The notes under the pieces are model-generated. The model searched no databases. It was not told the origin of the DNA and worked only from the letters and a program-made list of their open reading frames with translations. This document shows positions 12,068 to 27,384 of a stretch of 64,000 nucleotides of DNA, in pieces. The first letter of the stretch is position 1; every line of letters begins with the position of its first letter. This DNA is from Eledone cirrhosa (taxonomy: Eukaryota). A program made the position numbers and the translations under genes. The DNA lies in assembly GCA_964016885.1 (NCBI GenBank), contig OZ024740.1:330522001-330586000 (forward strand), in the 5' to 3' direction.

Positions 12068-12945
12068 AATAGTGAAGTATAATATGGTCAACAGTACAAA
12101 AAGGGTTTCATTTACATTATTAACAATTGTTTCATTGATTAAGTTGTCTAAACTTGTTAATCACTTGAAGTTGTGTCACTCAATTTTAAATACAATGTAA
12201 GCTTAATCAAATCATCAGAAAAACTGTTTAAAATTAATCACGGCGTTTGTAATAAACTAGGAAAATTCAAATCACAACATCAGTAATAAAGAAAGAAAAA
12301 GAAAAAAAATCAAAAATAGAGAGAGAAGTAGAAAGAAGAAAAAATAAGAAAAGAGAAAAAAGAAAAAAAGATAAAGAAAAAATAATAAATAAATAATAAT
12401 AAATAAGTTAGAATGAAGATGATAAAAAATAAATAAAAATGTGTGCGAAGAAAAGTGAACATAATATGATTATTGAAATTAGTTGTAGTGCTGGTGGTTA
12501 AAATATAAATATGTGATGGTATAAACATGAAAATAGTAAATATGTACATATATGTATTGGTTAAATGAATAAATTAATAAATTGGAAGTTATGTTAGAAG
12601 TGAAGTGAATACGATAGGATATAATGTAAGAGGTGAAATAGATTTAGGGAAAGAGAGTGAAAGAAAGAAAAGTTAGGAGGTTATGATGTTGGTTCAGTGA
12701 TTAGTTGATTTATTGACAGTTAATACTAATGATCGGTTATTATAATAGACTCAGATGGTACAGTTTGGATTATGCAATTGTTAGGTCGAACCAGGTTAGT
12801 TTGAAATTAACGAATTTAGTAGCTGCTTTATGTCTACAGAAAATTGACCCGATCTATTTTGTGGTTAAGCAGCATTTTGTCATATTAATACTGTAAATAA
12901 AACCCTTTTTGTACTGTTGACCATGTTATACTTCACTCTTTCTCT
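12062..12945 (-). mobile_element. 3' end of Naiad-like PLE with short 5' inverted pLTR tail
   Basis: Minus strand ~12800-12880 reads LLNHKIDR..(frameshift)CRHKAATKF. 12898-12940 is an inverted copy of 12068-12110. HHR present. Confidence 0.7.
12117..12223 (-). ncRNA. Type I hammerhead with 78-nt stem II domain
   Basis: TTTTT-CTGATGA-T-TTGATTAAG..58 nt..CTTAATCAA-T-GAAA-CAATTG-TT-AATAA. Confidence 0.7.
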
Positions 12946-13354
12946 ATTATTACTCCAAGATTAACCTGCATAGCAATTCCCGAGAACTTACAAACTCGGT
13001 ACCTAAGTAAGGAAACCAGTTGTTGAGTCAAACAATGCCGTACGCTAAAACTATCCACAATAGAGAATATTCACAACCTCTATCTGGATTACCTATAACG
13101 ATAATTTGTTATCACATATATATATGTGTGTGTTGTGGGAAATGAGATCTTTAATATATCTCGTATAAAATAATACAGTCAATTATCCACACAATACAAT
13201 ATAGTTAGCACTCCAAACGTTTAATTGGGAATATACTCCGGTATTTCCTAATGTTTGCTGAGTGAGTTAGAAATTGGTCGGATGTGTATGTATGTATGTA
13301 TGTATGTATGTATGTATGTATGTATGTATGTATGTATGTGTGTATGTATCTATT

Positions 13355-13430
<76 letters not shown>

Positions 13431-13535
13431 CGTATATATATACTTATAAAAATACTACATAACAAATATATATATATATATATATAAAATAAAGTTAAAT
13501 AAAAGTCAAATGATTAAAATTTAGCTTCGTTTATT

Positions 13536-13590
13536 ACTGCTATATATATTTCAGTGACAGCCATCTTTGGCTGTGACCTCTTCAGGCAGT
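13536..13590 (-). ncRNA. Type I hammerhead ribozyme in a solo pLTR remnant
   Basis: ACTGC-CTGAAGA-GGTCACAGCCA(AAGA)TGGCTGTCACT-GAAA-TATATA-TA-GCAGT. Confidence 0.88.
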
Positions 13591-13670
13591 TTGAATTAGT
13601 ATGGTATAGACAAGTACATATGTTGTTTAGGTGTATACAACCAACATATACTCAAAATCTATATATTCAG

Positions 13671-14195
13671 ATGCGCTGAACGAGTGTGACTCTTTAGTCC
13701 AGCCGACGACATGAAAGCTCTGGTACAATGATTGACACATAGTGCTGGGCCCATGGTACCATGTGAGGACAAGTGCAGAGATATCTCCAGATATAAAGCA
13801 ATGCCTGTGCCGTGAAGCTTTTATAGTGAGCCAAGGCACTGCACAAATCCAGTCCCACTGTCTTAACCAAGATGATATTTACCAAAAAGAAGAATAAGTC
13901 AACATCATTGGATACCATCAAAGTTGCAGGTGTTATATCAGAGTTTTCCTTCTCCTAGAATTCTGCCTTGACAAAGGCTAAGGGGTCATCTCTCGCGGTG
14001 ATTTTGGATGGCCATTGACTCTTAAGGGCACCTTTGCCCTTTGACAGGTTTTGATTTTAGTACTGCAGGATGTCCAAAATCATCCTCCTCACCACGAAAC
14101 CTTGGTGAGGTTGCCAGTTTTGTCGCCAACGACCCGGCCATGAGACAGGTTGTACTGGGATACATGTTACCAGTAGCACCAACTGGTGACTTGAC
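13671..14195 (-). mobile_element. Non-autonomous RTE-like element, 3'-truncated copy of the 62.5-63.7 kb unit
   Basis: Reverse-complement similarity to 62483-63022; starts in a (TACA)n tract. Confidence 0.85.
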
Positions 14196-14217
14196 ATACA
14201 TACATACATACATACAC

Positions 14218-14422
<205 letters not shown>

Positions 14423-14752
14423 GATGGACGACTGAATACGCACCTGTATTTCTTTTTCTCCAATAATTATTTCTGATTTTCCGCATTCCTTCCTCTTATC
14501 AGAGGCACAAATGTGTATGTAGATTATTGTTTGTGGATGTGAATATATGTGGACTATTGTGTCTATACCCAACATAAGGTATTTCGCATGAATATAACAA
14601 ATACCAATATATATGTATTATGCCATTAGAAACTCATTTTCATAATAGTAGTATATATATTAATACCAACTTAGAATTACTCATGGCTAGCCTTCTGCAA
14701 AGCACCTCAGTTAAAACTCATCTATCTATCTATCTATCTATCTATATATATT

Positions 14753-17210
<2,458 letters not shown>

Positions 17211-17212
17211 CT

Positions 17213-17243
<31 letters not shown>

Positions 17244-17268
17244 GTATGTATGAATGTATGTATTTATG

Positions 17269-17399
<131 letters not shown>

Positions 17400-17610
17400 G
17401 TATATGTATGTGTGTGTGTGTGTATAAATAATGAGTTATATGGTTTGTTGATTATTATTCAACAGAGTTAATTTTATAACAGATTTGAAGCACTCTACAA
17501 AATTTATCTGGAATATTATTAATATTAACAATATTAATAAATGGAAAATATAATTATACTGTTGGTATTATAAAGATATTTTCCATCTATTAATATTGTT
17601 AATATATGTA

Positions 17611-17667
<57 letters not shown>

Positions 17668-17670
<3 letters not shown>

Positions 17671-17853
17671 TCTATCCTGGGTTCAATGGGGCGTAGCCAC
17701 AGTAAGTGAGGTACTCGATACATAGCAGGGTATAAATATTCAATATAGAAATGGCTTCTACAGGACTAGAACTGTCTCATTCGGGAGAAATCATCAACGA
17801 TTTCTCCCGAATGAAACAGTTCTAGTCCTATAGAACCCATTTCTATATTGAAT
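17668..17853 (-). mobile_element. Fold-back pLTR remnant (about 55 bp arms, 17738-17853)
   Basis: Inverted arms around atcaac; same family at 57025-57152 (+), which has CTGATGA-TTTC(TTCC)GAAT-GAAA. Confidence 0.65.
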
Positions 17854-17984
17854 GCATATGCATACATATATAGGCGCGCTGCATATTCCACTTTTCTAAA
17901 AAACAGATCATACACAAACCGCCAGCACCAACAGTTTTGCAAATATGTCAACATTAATGGACCTGTTAATTTATCTAAACAGAT

Positions 17985-18155
17985 TTTTCCAATTCCATCC
18001 CGCCCGTCCCCTCAATGTATCTGACTTCTCATTCTTTCCTCTGATGAAGCATTAACGTCCGAAACGTTAATACCCTCTTCCCTCTATATCAAGCGTTTAC
18101 CTAATATATCCCTTCCAAATCCTGTACCGACTGTGTTGCTATTTCTGTTTACCTT
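17985..18155 (+). mobile_element. Solo pLTR remnant with decayed HHR (18037-18072)
   Basis: CTGATGA-AGCATTAACGTCC-GAAA-CG-TTAA; paralog of 40170-40340. Confidence 0.7.
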
Positions 18156-18204
18156 TTATATATATATATATTTGTATGTATATATATATAGTGTGTGTGT
18201 GTGT

Positions 18205-18304
<100 letters not shown>

Positions 18305-18608
18305 CAGAGAGTGGGTATAAACTTGGGAATATAACATAAAACAGTATATGTTCACATTTTTATTACCATAATTTTCCTAAGAATCGACAGTTCTGAGATA
18401 TCTAAGCAAAGAAGTTCATCAAGTTGTCTTGATGCTTTGAATTAGATATTTCAGAATAAGATGACTGAATTAAAAGAATGCCTTGTATAGAAGAAACCAT
18501 ATTGTGCAACAGACTTTAAGGTGACATGACAATAGACGTTATTAAAAAAGAAAAACATCCTAGAATGACAATGCAGATAAGGTGATGTAGTATAACCCCA
18601 CACACATG

Positions 18609-18640
<32 letters not shown>

Positions 18641-20001
18641 ATATATATACACACATGCGTGTAGGGTTTATATATATATATATATGTGTGTGTGTGTCTG
18701 TGTTTGTGTGTGTATGCGTGTTTGTATACACACACACACATACATATTTATATATGATTATACTAAGATATTCTCACAGGTTAGGAAAGAGACGCTGGGA
18801 GTATACATACTGTTCACGTTCGACAGCTCTCCTATAGGAAACTTCTTACATTAGGATAAGTTAATATACCACAAAGGAAAATATTTTAAATGAATTATGA
18901 AGGGAAGTGAAGAAGCTAAAACTAGATATTGGTGTCATCAAGGAGGTGCCTAAAGACATGAACGCATCCTTATATATATACACACATACAACGACACACG
19001 CACAAACACCCACACGCATGCAACACCTACACAACACCACACACATGCAAAAATACATTAAAAGGCAGATCAATATACACACACAAACACACAACTACAT
19101 ACATCAACGTATGAATGAATACAGCTATTATTTCATTATGAAGTAAGTACTGATGTACAAAATTCAGACGCCTGAATGTTTTTCAATAAGTTAGCTTGTG
19201 ATAACCTGGAAAAGACGTGTACTTTGTAAAGTAAAGTAAAGTAAACCCGTTGCATTTAAGCTGATAGAGGAAGACATTCTTTCAAGGGTTTTCGGAATTA
19301 TTAGAATATATAGAATGGATCATCCAGTGAGCTGGTACGTGCAGTGGCTCAGCAATGTGATAAAGAATTATGCGTTCCTGTCGGTATGAGTGTTCCATTG
19401 AAATAATAAAGAAATTCTTAGAATAACTCCTAAGCTAATACCTCTTCTATTTATACTTGACGCATTTTCACTTTCCTCGCTGAACTTAAATTTACTATAT
19501 ATTCTCCAGACTATAATGGAAATTGCGTACAGATTAGGTATCTAACGAATATTGCAAAAGTTACAGTATTCTTTAAACTCACTTTACTGAATTTTAATAG
19601 TTGAAAAAATATTGAATCTGATAAGAAATAATTTCTTCGGGCACGTTTCTGTATTGTTTAGGAGAAGATCAGTGAAGCATAAATTTGAAGTTACCAGCAC
19701 AAGTATTGATATAATAGCATAATTAAATATCGATTAATGTTTAAAAGGGAAAGTTGAAATATAAAATTACCGAGAAATATCTTCTTTAAAAGAATAGTTG
19801 TGCGTGAGTTAGTGAAGATGTTTAAAGTAGGGAACGCTAAACTTTAGTATATAGAGAAAGAGATATTGTGGGTATCTTCTCAAACTATCATTAGTTTAAG
19901 TATGAAATGGACCGACATTCAGAATGTTTACATGATCTCAGTAGAAACTCATGCGCATGTACGCAGACCCACAAACGCACATAGTAATATAGATGATTAT
20001 A

Positions 20002-20882
20002 CGAGGTGTGTCAGAATAGTTCCAGGAGTGATGTCACAAAGGATTTATTTCAAACCCAAATTTCACACTAAGAGTGTTCTCCTTCAAAGTCTAATGCCCT
20101 GGAGTCTAATGCACTTCTCCATCCTTTTCTGCCACGCTTGCATGCACTCCTGGAAGGATTCCTCCGGGATCCTCCGCAGTTCCGTCGTCACGGTCTTTTT
20201 GATGTCGTCCACGTCTTCAAAACGGGTCTCCTCCGGGTCGTACTCGAAGATCCATGACTCATCGGTGATGACTGTCCCTAACAAGTCTGGTTCGGTTTCA
20301 AGACGCTCGAGGATGTCCTGGCACACTTGCATGCGTCGACCCTTCTGGTCATCGTTCAGTAGTTTTGGCACCATCTTCGCGCAGACTTTACGCATGTCCA
20401 AATCTTCAGTGAGAATCTTCCAGACGCTGCCCCTATTCATGCCCAGATCATTTGCCATCAGTCGAACAGTCAGCCGACCATCGCTACGCACCATCTGCCT
20501 GACGCGCTCAACGTTGACCTCAGTCCTGGTTGTTGAGGGCCTTCCGCTCCTGGGGTCATCTTGCACCACTCAAAAACGTGAGCGTGACATCGTCTCATCT
20601 CCATACACTTGCTGCAGAAATCCCAGTGGGTCTGACGGAGTTTTCCCCAACCGTACCAGAAACTTCAAGTTTTTTCGTTGCTTTGTGTTCATTGCTTGAC
20701 GACCTGAAACAGAGGACATTTATATAAAATTATGAAGAAAAAAGTGTGATCGCTGCAGAGAGGTAAGATTATAGTTACATACACCAGAGGGATTACTTTG
20801 AAGGAGAAAACTCTTAGTGCGAAGTATGGGTTTGAAATAAATTTTTGCGACATCAGTCCTGGAACTTTTCTGACACACCTCG
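20002..20882 (-). mobile_element. Internally deleted mariner (Tc1/mariner) DNA transposon
   Basis: TA-flanked TIRs CGAGGTGTGTCAGAA.../...TTCTGACACACCTCG with a transposase remnant inside. Confidence 0.95.
20062..20692 (-). pseudogene. Mariner transposase remnant (HTH plus first catalytic Asp; core deleted; frameshifted)
   Basis: MNTKQR.NLKFLVRLGKTP, DDPRSGRPST, KMVPKLL, ITDESWIFEYDPE joined directly to RFEDVDDIKK...W.KRMEKCI. Confidence 0.92.
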
Positions 20883-21071
20883 TATATGAGGTTTTTTTTC
20901 CGTAACGCAGGTGTAGGTTTTTGATACTAGCCAACAAATAATTTCAGAGAAAGAATATTCGACATTTCTTGTCGAGCTTTATGTTAAGTAGCGTGAATTT
21001 TCCACAGGCACACACATATATACGCGCACACGCGCACAAATACAGACACACACACGCACACACACATACAC

Positions 21072-21176
<105 letters not shown>

Positions 21177-21580
21177 GAGAGAGAGACAAATGTACTACAC
21201 TTTGGTACAAACATACTAATAATATTTGATAAAGAATATAAATTAATGAATTAGGAAATGAATTAATATATTGATGTTTCGTGGTTGGGATTGTATATTA
21301 ACTAAAAATGTGAAGTAGAAGTATACAATACGAAGTATACAATGTGAAGTAGAAGTATACATAAGATTGATATATGCATGTGTGGTCAGCGGAGTGATGT
21401 GGGTTGTCTTGATGGACGTTAGGGGTAGTGGGGGATGCATACTGCCACATGGCTCCCTACTATGCTACTTGTGTCATCTCTGCTTCTTGTTGGAAGCTAC
21501 ACCATGCTATTCCAGTAGACACACACAGACACACACAGACACACACACACACACACACACATATATATGTGTGTGTGTGT

Positions 21581-21619
<39 letters not shown>

Positions 21620-22434
21620 TGTGTGTGTGTGTGCGCGTGTGTATGTGTTCTTTGTTATGTCTTGTCAGTCGCAAAATCAGCAGACAAGTATAATGTCTCA
21701 TGATGCTTTGAACGCGCAGGTGAAACTCCAGAGTAATAATCATAATAAAACACATTTAGACGTGTAATTGGCAATACCAGAGTCCATCGTCTGAAATAAC
21801 AACAACGAAAAACTTCTCTATCTATATCACTAGGTTGTATTGTCTACGAAATGTATTTCATAAACATATCTTACTTAATATCCTTTCCACAAGTGCGTAA
21901 TAGTTTCATTGTGTAATATAGTTGACGCCACAGAAATATTTGTAAAAGAAATTACAAAATGCAAGGAATTATTGTAATCTAATTATCGTATTCATTATTT
22001 ATACACAATCAGGGAATATACAAGTGCCTGATATTCATTTCATAGCAGAATCTGAGGATGAATTAGATCATAAATTCCTGCTGTAGAAATAGAACTTAGA
22101 ATCAAATTGGCTGACATTTATCTTAGCGAAACACAACGTTTTAATAAGCAGAAAAGAAGACAAGGCTCTGTTCCCATCAGAGACCTGGCCTTGCTCAATA
22201 TGTACAAAATGAGCAGGCATTAATTATATACGATGTCCACAGTGTAAATTATGGATACACAAAATACATAATGGTATAGTTAAGTAAAATTGAGAAAAGA
22301 GGATTTGTATGCAAAATATATTCAGGGACATTTCATAATAAGTGTGCCAGTCATGTAAACATTTCCCAATCTCTTACTATGTAAGATACATAGTAGTGAG
22401 TGATAACTACATCCTAGCTGATATTATTAGCTTA

Positions 22435-22740
22435 GCAGTTCAAATCCCGCCGAGGTTAACTTTGCCTTTCATCCTTACGGGGTCGATAAAATAAAGTACC
22501 AGTAATGCGCTGGTATAATTGTTGGCCTTGTGCAAAAAAAGTAGAAACAATTATTAGCTTGGCACTATCGGTAGAGAGTCAGACGCCATGCTTTCCCGCA
22601 TAGTTACGTCCCTTTACGGTCTGAGTTCAAATCCCACCGAGGTTAACTTTGCTTTTCATCCTTACGGGGCGATAAAATAAAGTACCAGTAATGTACTGGT
22701 TAATTGCTAGCCTTGTACCAAAAGTAGAAACAAATATTAG
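22435..22740 (+). mobile_element. Two tandem Nin-domain SINE copies
   Basis: gttcaaatcccgccgaggttaactttgcctttcatccttacggggtcgataaaataaagtaccagt occurs twice; B box GTTCAAATC. Confidence 0.85.
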
Positions 22741-22769
22741 CCTTGAAGGAGTGTGCTAGAAGTGCATAG

Positions 22770-23285
22770 AATCTAGCTAAGGACAGGATTGAAAGCATTT
22801 AGACAGCTGCTACCTCTGTTGACAACATAGGGTGTCTCCCTATGAACGAGTAGTCGGCTGTATGATTCTTGTTTGTAAATTGTGATGCTCCATAGTAGAG
22901 AGGAATGGGCATTGAAGGCAGAAGTTGTGCGACGGCTGGAAAGAATTGAGGCAAGCATGCTTCGATGATTATGATTTATTAATGTGCGTTAAAGACAAGT
23001 CACTGATGAACTATGAGGGAAACTAGAGATAAGAGGAATGAGATGAAGTATGCAAGAGAGACGACAGCGCTAATATGTACATGTGAGTGGCATAGATGAT
23101 GGTCTCTGGGTGAAGAAGTGACAAGAATGCACAGTGGAAGAGCGTCACAGTAAAAGATGAGACACATTAAGATCTACTTGAAGTTGTTGTGAACTGATCT
23201 CTAATCATTAAAGAGCACGAAGAAGGTGGTGAAAGTGAGTAGTGAAGAGATAGATACGCCATCCCATGTGAGCAAGGACCAGTGA
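22770..23285 (+). mobile_element. Degenerate RTE-clade LINE 3' fragment
   Basis: Translates as LLPLLT...RLYDSC...VMLHS.EEWALKAEVVRRLERIEASMLR, with stops. Confidence 0.7.
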
Positions 23286-23296
23286 ACGTAAAATTG

Positions 23297-23382
<86 letters not shown>

Positions 23383-23387
23383 TATAT

Positions 23388-23657
23388 TTAGTTATGTAAT
23401 AAACAACATAAGATAATTATTTCATTTACCAGTAGTTTCTTGAAGGCAGATGTCTGTCTTGATTCGTCAGAATGAATAAATAACATGGTGTTTTTATTAA
23501 ATATGGATTTTATTAAATATGGATTTGAAAATCCATATTTAATAAAAACACCATGTTATTTATTCATTCTGACCATTGAAGACAGACATAATATCTGCCT
23601 ACAAGAAAACCACTGGTAAATGAAATAATTATCTTATATTGTTTATTACATAACTAA
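23388..23657. mobile_element. Fold-back pLTR palindrome (~130 bp arms) with an HHR on each arm
   Basis: Minus 23421-23476: TTCATT-CTGACGA-stem-GAAA-CTACTGG-TA-AATGAA. Plus copy 23563-23624 has CTGACCA. Flanked by (TA)n. Confidence 0.85.
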
Positions 23658-23717
23658 TAAGCTATGTAGCCTACATATAGCACTCTTTTTCCTGTATGTT
23701 TCCGACGGAAATACTTC

Positions 23718-23775
<58 letters not shown>

Positions 23776-24534
23776 TGTGCGTGTGGGGGGGGGGGGGGTA
23801 TGTGCACGTGCGAGTGGATGGGTGTATGGTTGTATTTGTGGAACATCAGAGAAAATTGGAAAATATAATCAGCCCGATGTAGAAAGCCGTAATATATAAG
23901 ATTCGATAACTATAAATACTTGTTGAATAAATGAAGCCACCTGTCTCCGGACAGATTTGCCTACGGTGAATAGCACCACAGATCTCTCATATACAGATTT
24001 GTGTTAGGACTAGGTTTAGAGTTTGTGCATACATTACTCCATTTGATGAAATATTATTTGTCGTTATCAAATATTATTATAGTATCAGCATGATGGAAAA
24101 CATTTTCTGAAGTTTATATACATATATAAACACACATATTCGAACATTCTTACATAACTGAAATAGTACGCATCATTATTACGGCACCAGTATTCTTTGT
24201 AAGAATTCTAAAAGTTTGCTAGTATTCAGCTACAATGACACGAACCCTTTTTGGAAGAATTCTTCCTGTCATGTACAATTATATCGCTTGAGTGGATGGA
24301 ACGCATTATTCGTGCAATTTTAGAAAAATAAAAGGCATTTGGCTGAATGTTCACTAAAATAGTTAATATTTTGAGACAAATATACATTTGGCATTTTTAT
24401 TATCAATATCACCACCACTACCACTACTATTACTACTACTACTACTACTACAACTACTACTACTACCACTACCACCACCACCACAGATAGAAGAATGCTA
24501 TTCTAAATCTAAGTAAGTGCGCATATTACAAAAT

Positions 24535-24655
24535 AATTGTTTCTACTTTTGGCACAAGGCCAGCAATTACCCAGTGCATTACTGGTACTTTATTTTATCG
24601 ACCCCGTAAGGATGAAAGGCAAAGTTAACCTCGGCGGGATTTGAACTCAGATCAT
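24535..24655 (-). mobile_element. Nin-domain SINE (further copies 28495-28670 -, 35200-35290 -, 35860-36035 +, 41065-41175 -)
   Basis: ttttatcgaccccgtaaggatgaaaggcaaagttaacctcggcgggatttgaactc. Confidence 0.85.
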
Positions 24656-24937
24656 AAGTAATGCCATGTAAATATATATATAAAGTGTACAAATACATTA
24701 TTATAGCTTGTAGTCTACTAGTAATCATGTTTTTATTAACTAAACATTATACCTCTAAACATATTAAAAGGATTTATGCCATGTGAGATTTTTTTTTTAA
24801 TTCTTTAATTTGATAATTAAATGGATTCAAATGTACCTATGTATACGTGGGAATATGTATATATACACACACACACGTACACACACAGACACACATACAC
24901 ACACACGCAAACTCATATATATCATATATATATATAT

Positions 24938-25124
24938 ATAACGAAGGAGGTGTGGTAAGGCACCAGATGGACCATAACGCACAAGAGCACTCAATACTTA
25001 GGGTAGTAGAGTGGGTAATACGAAAATCTTTAACTCCGACGGCAGACCTCAAGCTGTTTCAATGGCTATTTCTGGACAGAAACAGCCGTCGAAACGGCTT
25101 GAGCTATGCCGTCGGGGTTAAAGA
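24938..25124 (-). mobile_element. Fold-back pLTR remnant of the 14.9 kb family
   Basis: Inverted arms 25027-25124 centred on ttctggacagaa. Confidence 0.75.
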
Positions 25125-25132
25125 TATATATA

Positions 25133-25245
25133 TGTGGCTGAGTGGTTAGGAAATTGGATTCGCAATCGTAAGGTTGTGAGTTCGATTCCTAGACCAGGCA
25201 ATGCGTTATGTCCTTGAGCAAGACACTTTATTTCACGTTGCTCCT
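25133..25245 (+). mobile_element. tRNA-derived SINE head
   Basis: A box TGGCTGAGTGG and B box GTTCGATTC, followed by tgtccttgagcaagacacttta rather than a tRNA acceptor stem. Confidence 0.8.
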
Positions 25246-25342
25246 TCTACCTGGAGTTGCGACCGATAGATAGTATTAGCAATTGGAAAGACCAACGGAA
25301 ACATTGTTCCCTCGGTCCGATTTGACAAAAAAGTCGATCGTT

Positions 25343-25376
<34 letters not shown>

Positions 25377-25434
25377 ATATATGATATATATATATATATA
25401 ATATGATATATATATATATATAATCATTCCGAAA

Positions 25435-26202
25435 GAGATTTACATCTGTCCAGGTATCATAGACTATTTGCCCGATATAGGTTTGTTATTTTTATTGATT
25501 TATTACGTTAAATCGAGTTAGGCAAACATATTGTTTTAAATTAGTATTTTTCAACCAAGCTAACTTGGTCATTTAGATTTTAACACATGTATACTATAAC
25601 TGCGTTCATCCCTCTCATATATCCAATTATATTACACGGCTCGGAAAGATTCCCTTCTTTGAGCTATTTAATTGTAAAATACTATTTTGAGTTTCTAACT
25701 CAATCTATGATATGCTCGGCTCCGTATGTAGAGCTAACTTTAGTCTCATACCCCAACTGCTATTTTAGCGGCATGAGTATGAGACGCGTTAGGCGCTGTA
25801 ACATGTGGGTTTATACCCGCGCATCGTTCAGTCCTCTTAGATCCTTTGAAGTGAAAGGTACGAATTTTCCTCGATACCCGCAGAAGAGCACTGGAATTCT
25901 GGCTTTCACTTAATAATCCTAGCAAAACAGATTTACATCTGTCCGAGTATCATAGGCTATGTGCCCGATATAGGTTTGTTATTTGTATTGATTTATTACG
26001 GTAAATCGAGTCAGGAAAACCATATTGTTTTAAATTAGTATTTTTCAACCTAGCTAACTTGGTAATTTGCAATTGTAACACATGTATACTTATATCTGTA
26101 TTCATTCCTCTCATCTATTCAATTATATTAGACGGCTCGAAAGATTCTCTCCTTTGAGCTATTTAATTGTAAAAGACTATTTTGAGTGTCTAACTCAATC
26201 CA

Positions 26203-26205
<3 letters not shown>
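25435..26205. repeat. Diverged direct repeat of ~275 bp (25435-25712 / 25929-26205)
   Basis: agatttacatctgtcc...ctaactcaatc.atgatat in both copies. Confidence 0.85.
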
Positions 26206-26277
<72 letters not shown>

Positions 26278-26420
26278 ACGAAGGAAGTGTGGTAAGGGTC
26301 CAGGTGGACTATAACGCACGAGAGTACTCAATACTTTGGGCAGTAGAGTGGGTAATTGGAAAAGTCCAGAAATAGCCGTCGAAACCGCTTGAGCTCTGCA
26401 GTCGGGGTCCTGAACCTTCT

Positions 26421-26459
<39 letters not shown>

Positions 26460-27384
26460 GTAATTCTTATAGAAAGTAGTACTCATCACTTAAGTAGAGT
26501 TTTAATATTCATTTTTTATGGCCGGATATTAAGTCTTGATATTCCGGTGTTACACTTGTTTACAACAGGGTCATGAATATAAATGAACACATCAACTGTG
26601 TCCATTCTATTCAATATGATTCCTCCCTTAATTAATTTAACTCCCAGGGGTAAAATCTGCATTTATATTGTTAGTTTAACCGTCTCATTGTTTGATACCC
26701 TGTCTTTGTTGTCTATATATATATATACAATAGACGGCGAGTGGGTGGGGGAGAAATGACTTCTAAGAGACCCAGAACTTTCAATCATATGAAATCATTA
26801 GTAATGTCAGATAACGTTTTTGAGTTCCGTTTATTTATAGGTGTCTTATTTGTTAATTGACGGTAGTGGTGGTAGCCTATCTAATATTATAGGTATTATA
26901 TTGTGGTGGATTGGGAGAAGGAGAAAGGAGAAAAAAGGAAATGGTCAGTTGATTAATAAGAAATGGGAAGAAAGAAATTGAAAACGAGTATGGTAGAGAA
27001 GAGTCAAAAGAAGAAGACGAAGAAGGAAAGGAAAGAAGGACGACGGAGAAATAGCAGGGAATGCTAGTGGTAAATGAGAGCGAAGGGGATGGGAATGCAT
27101 GGTTTATTCGAATACGCAGAGGGCGGTATTTCTTAGGAAATGTGTTTTATATGCATTACTAGCTTTTGTTAAGTAAAGAAGTAAACACATCGGTAAGTAA
27201 ATCAAATTATTTGTGCTGAAAATTCTGCATTGGATATACTGATGGCATTGAGGCTGTTAGTGTGGGTCATTTTGTTTTTATTTTGTATCTTTTATGATTT
27301 TAGTTGTTCATTGGAGTTTGATTGTTGATTCCTACTTCTTGCTTTGACAATAGTTATATGTCAACTCTTTCTTTGAAATAACAA

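Noticed and set aside
14465-14500. Minus-strand CTGATAA...GAAA motif
   Set aside because: Core mismatch and no convincing stems I or II.
19866-20699. 277-aa plus-strand ORF
   Set aside because: Antisense shadow of the mariner transposase remnant.
25133-25205. tRNA gene
   Set aside because: A and B boxes are present but there is no acceptor stem, and it continues into a SINE body.
26455-26800. Minus-strand GTGATGA..GAAT and CTAATGA..GAAA hammerhead-like traces
   Set aside because: Single copies with core mutations and weak stems; cannot be supported.
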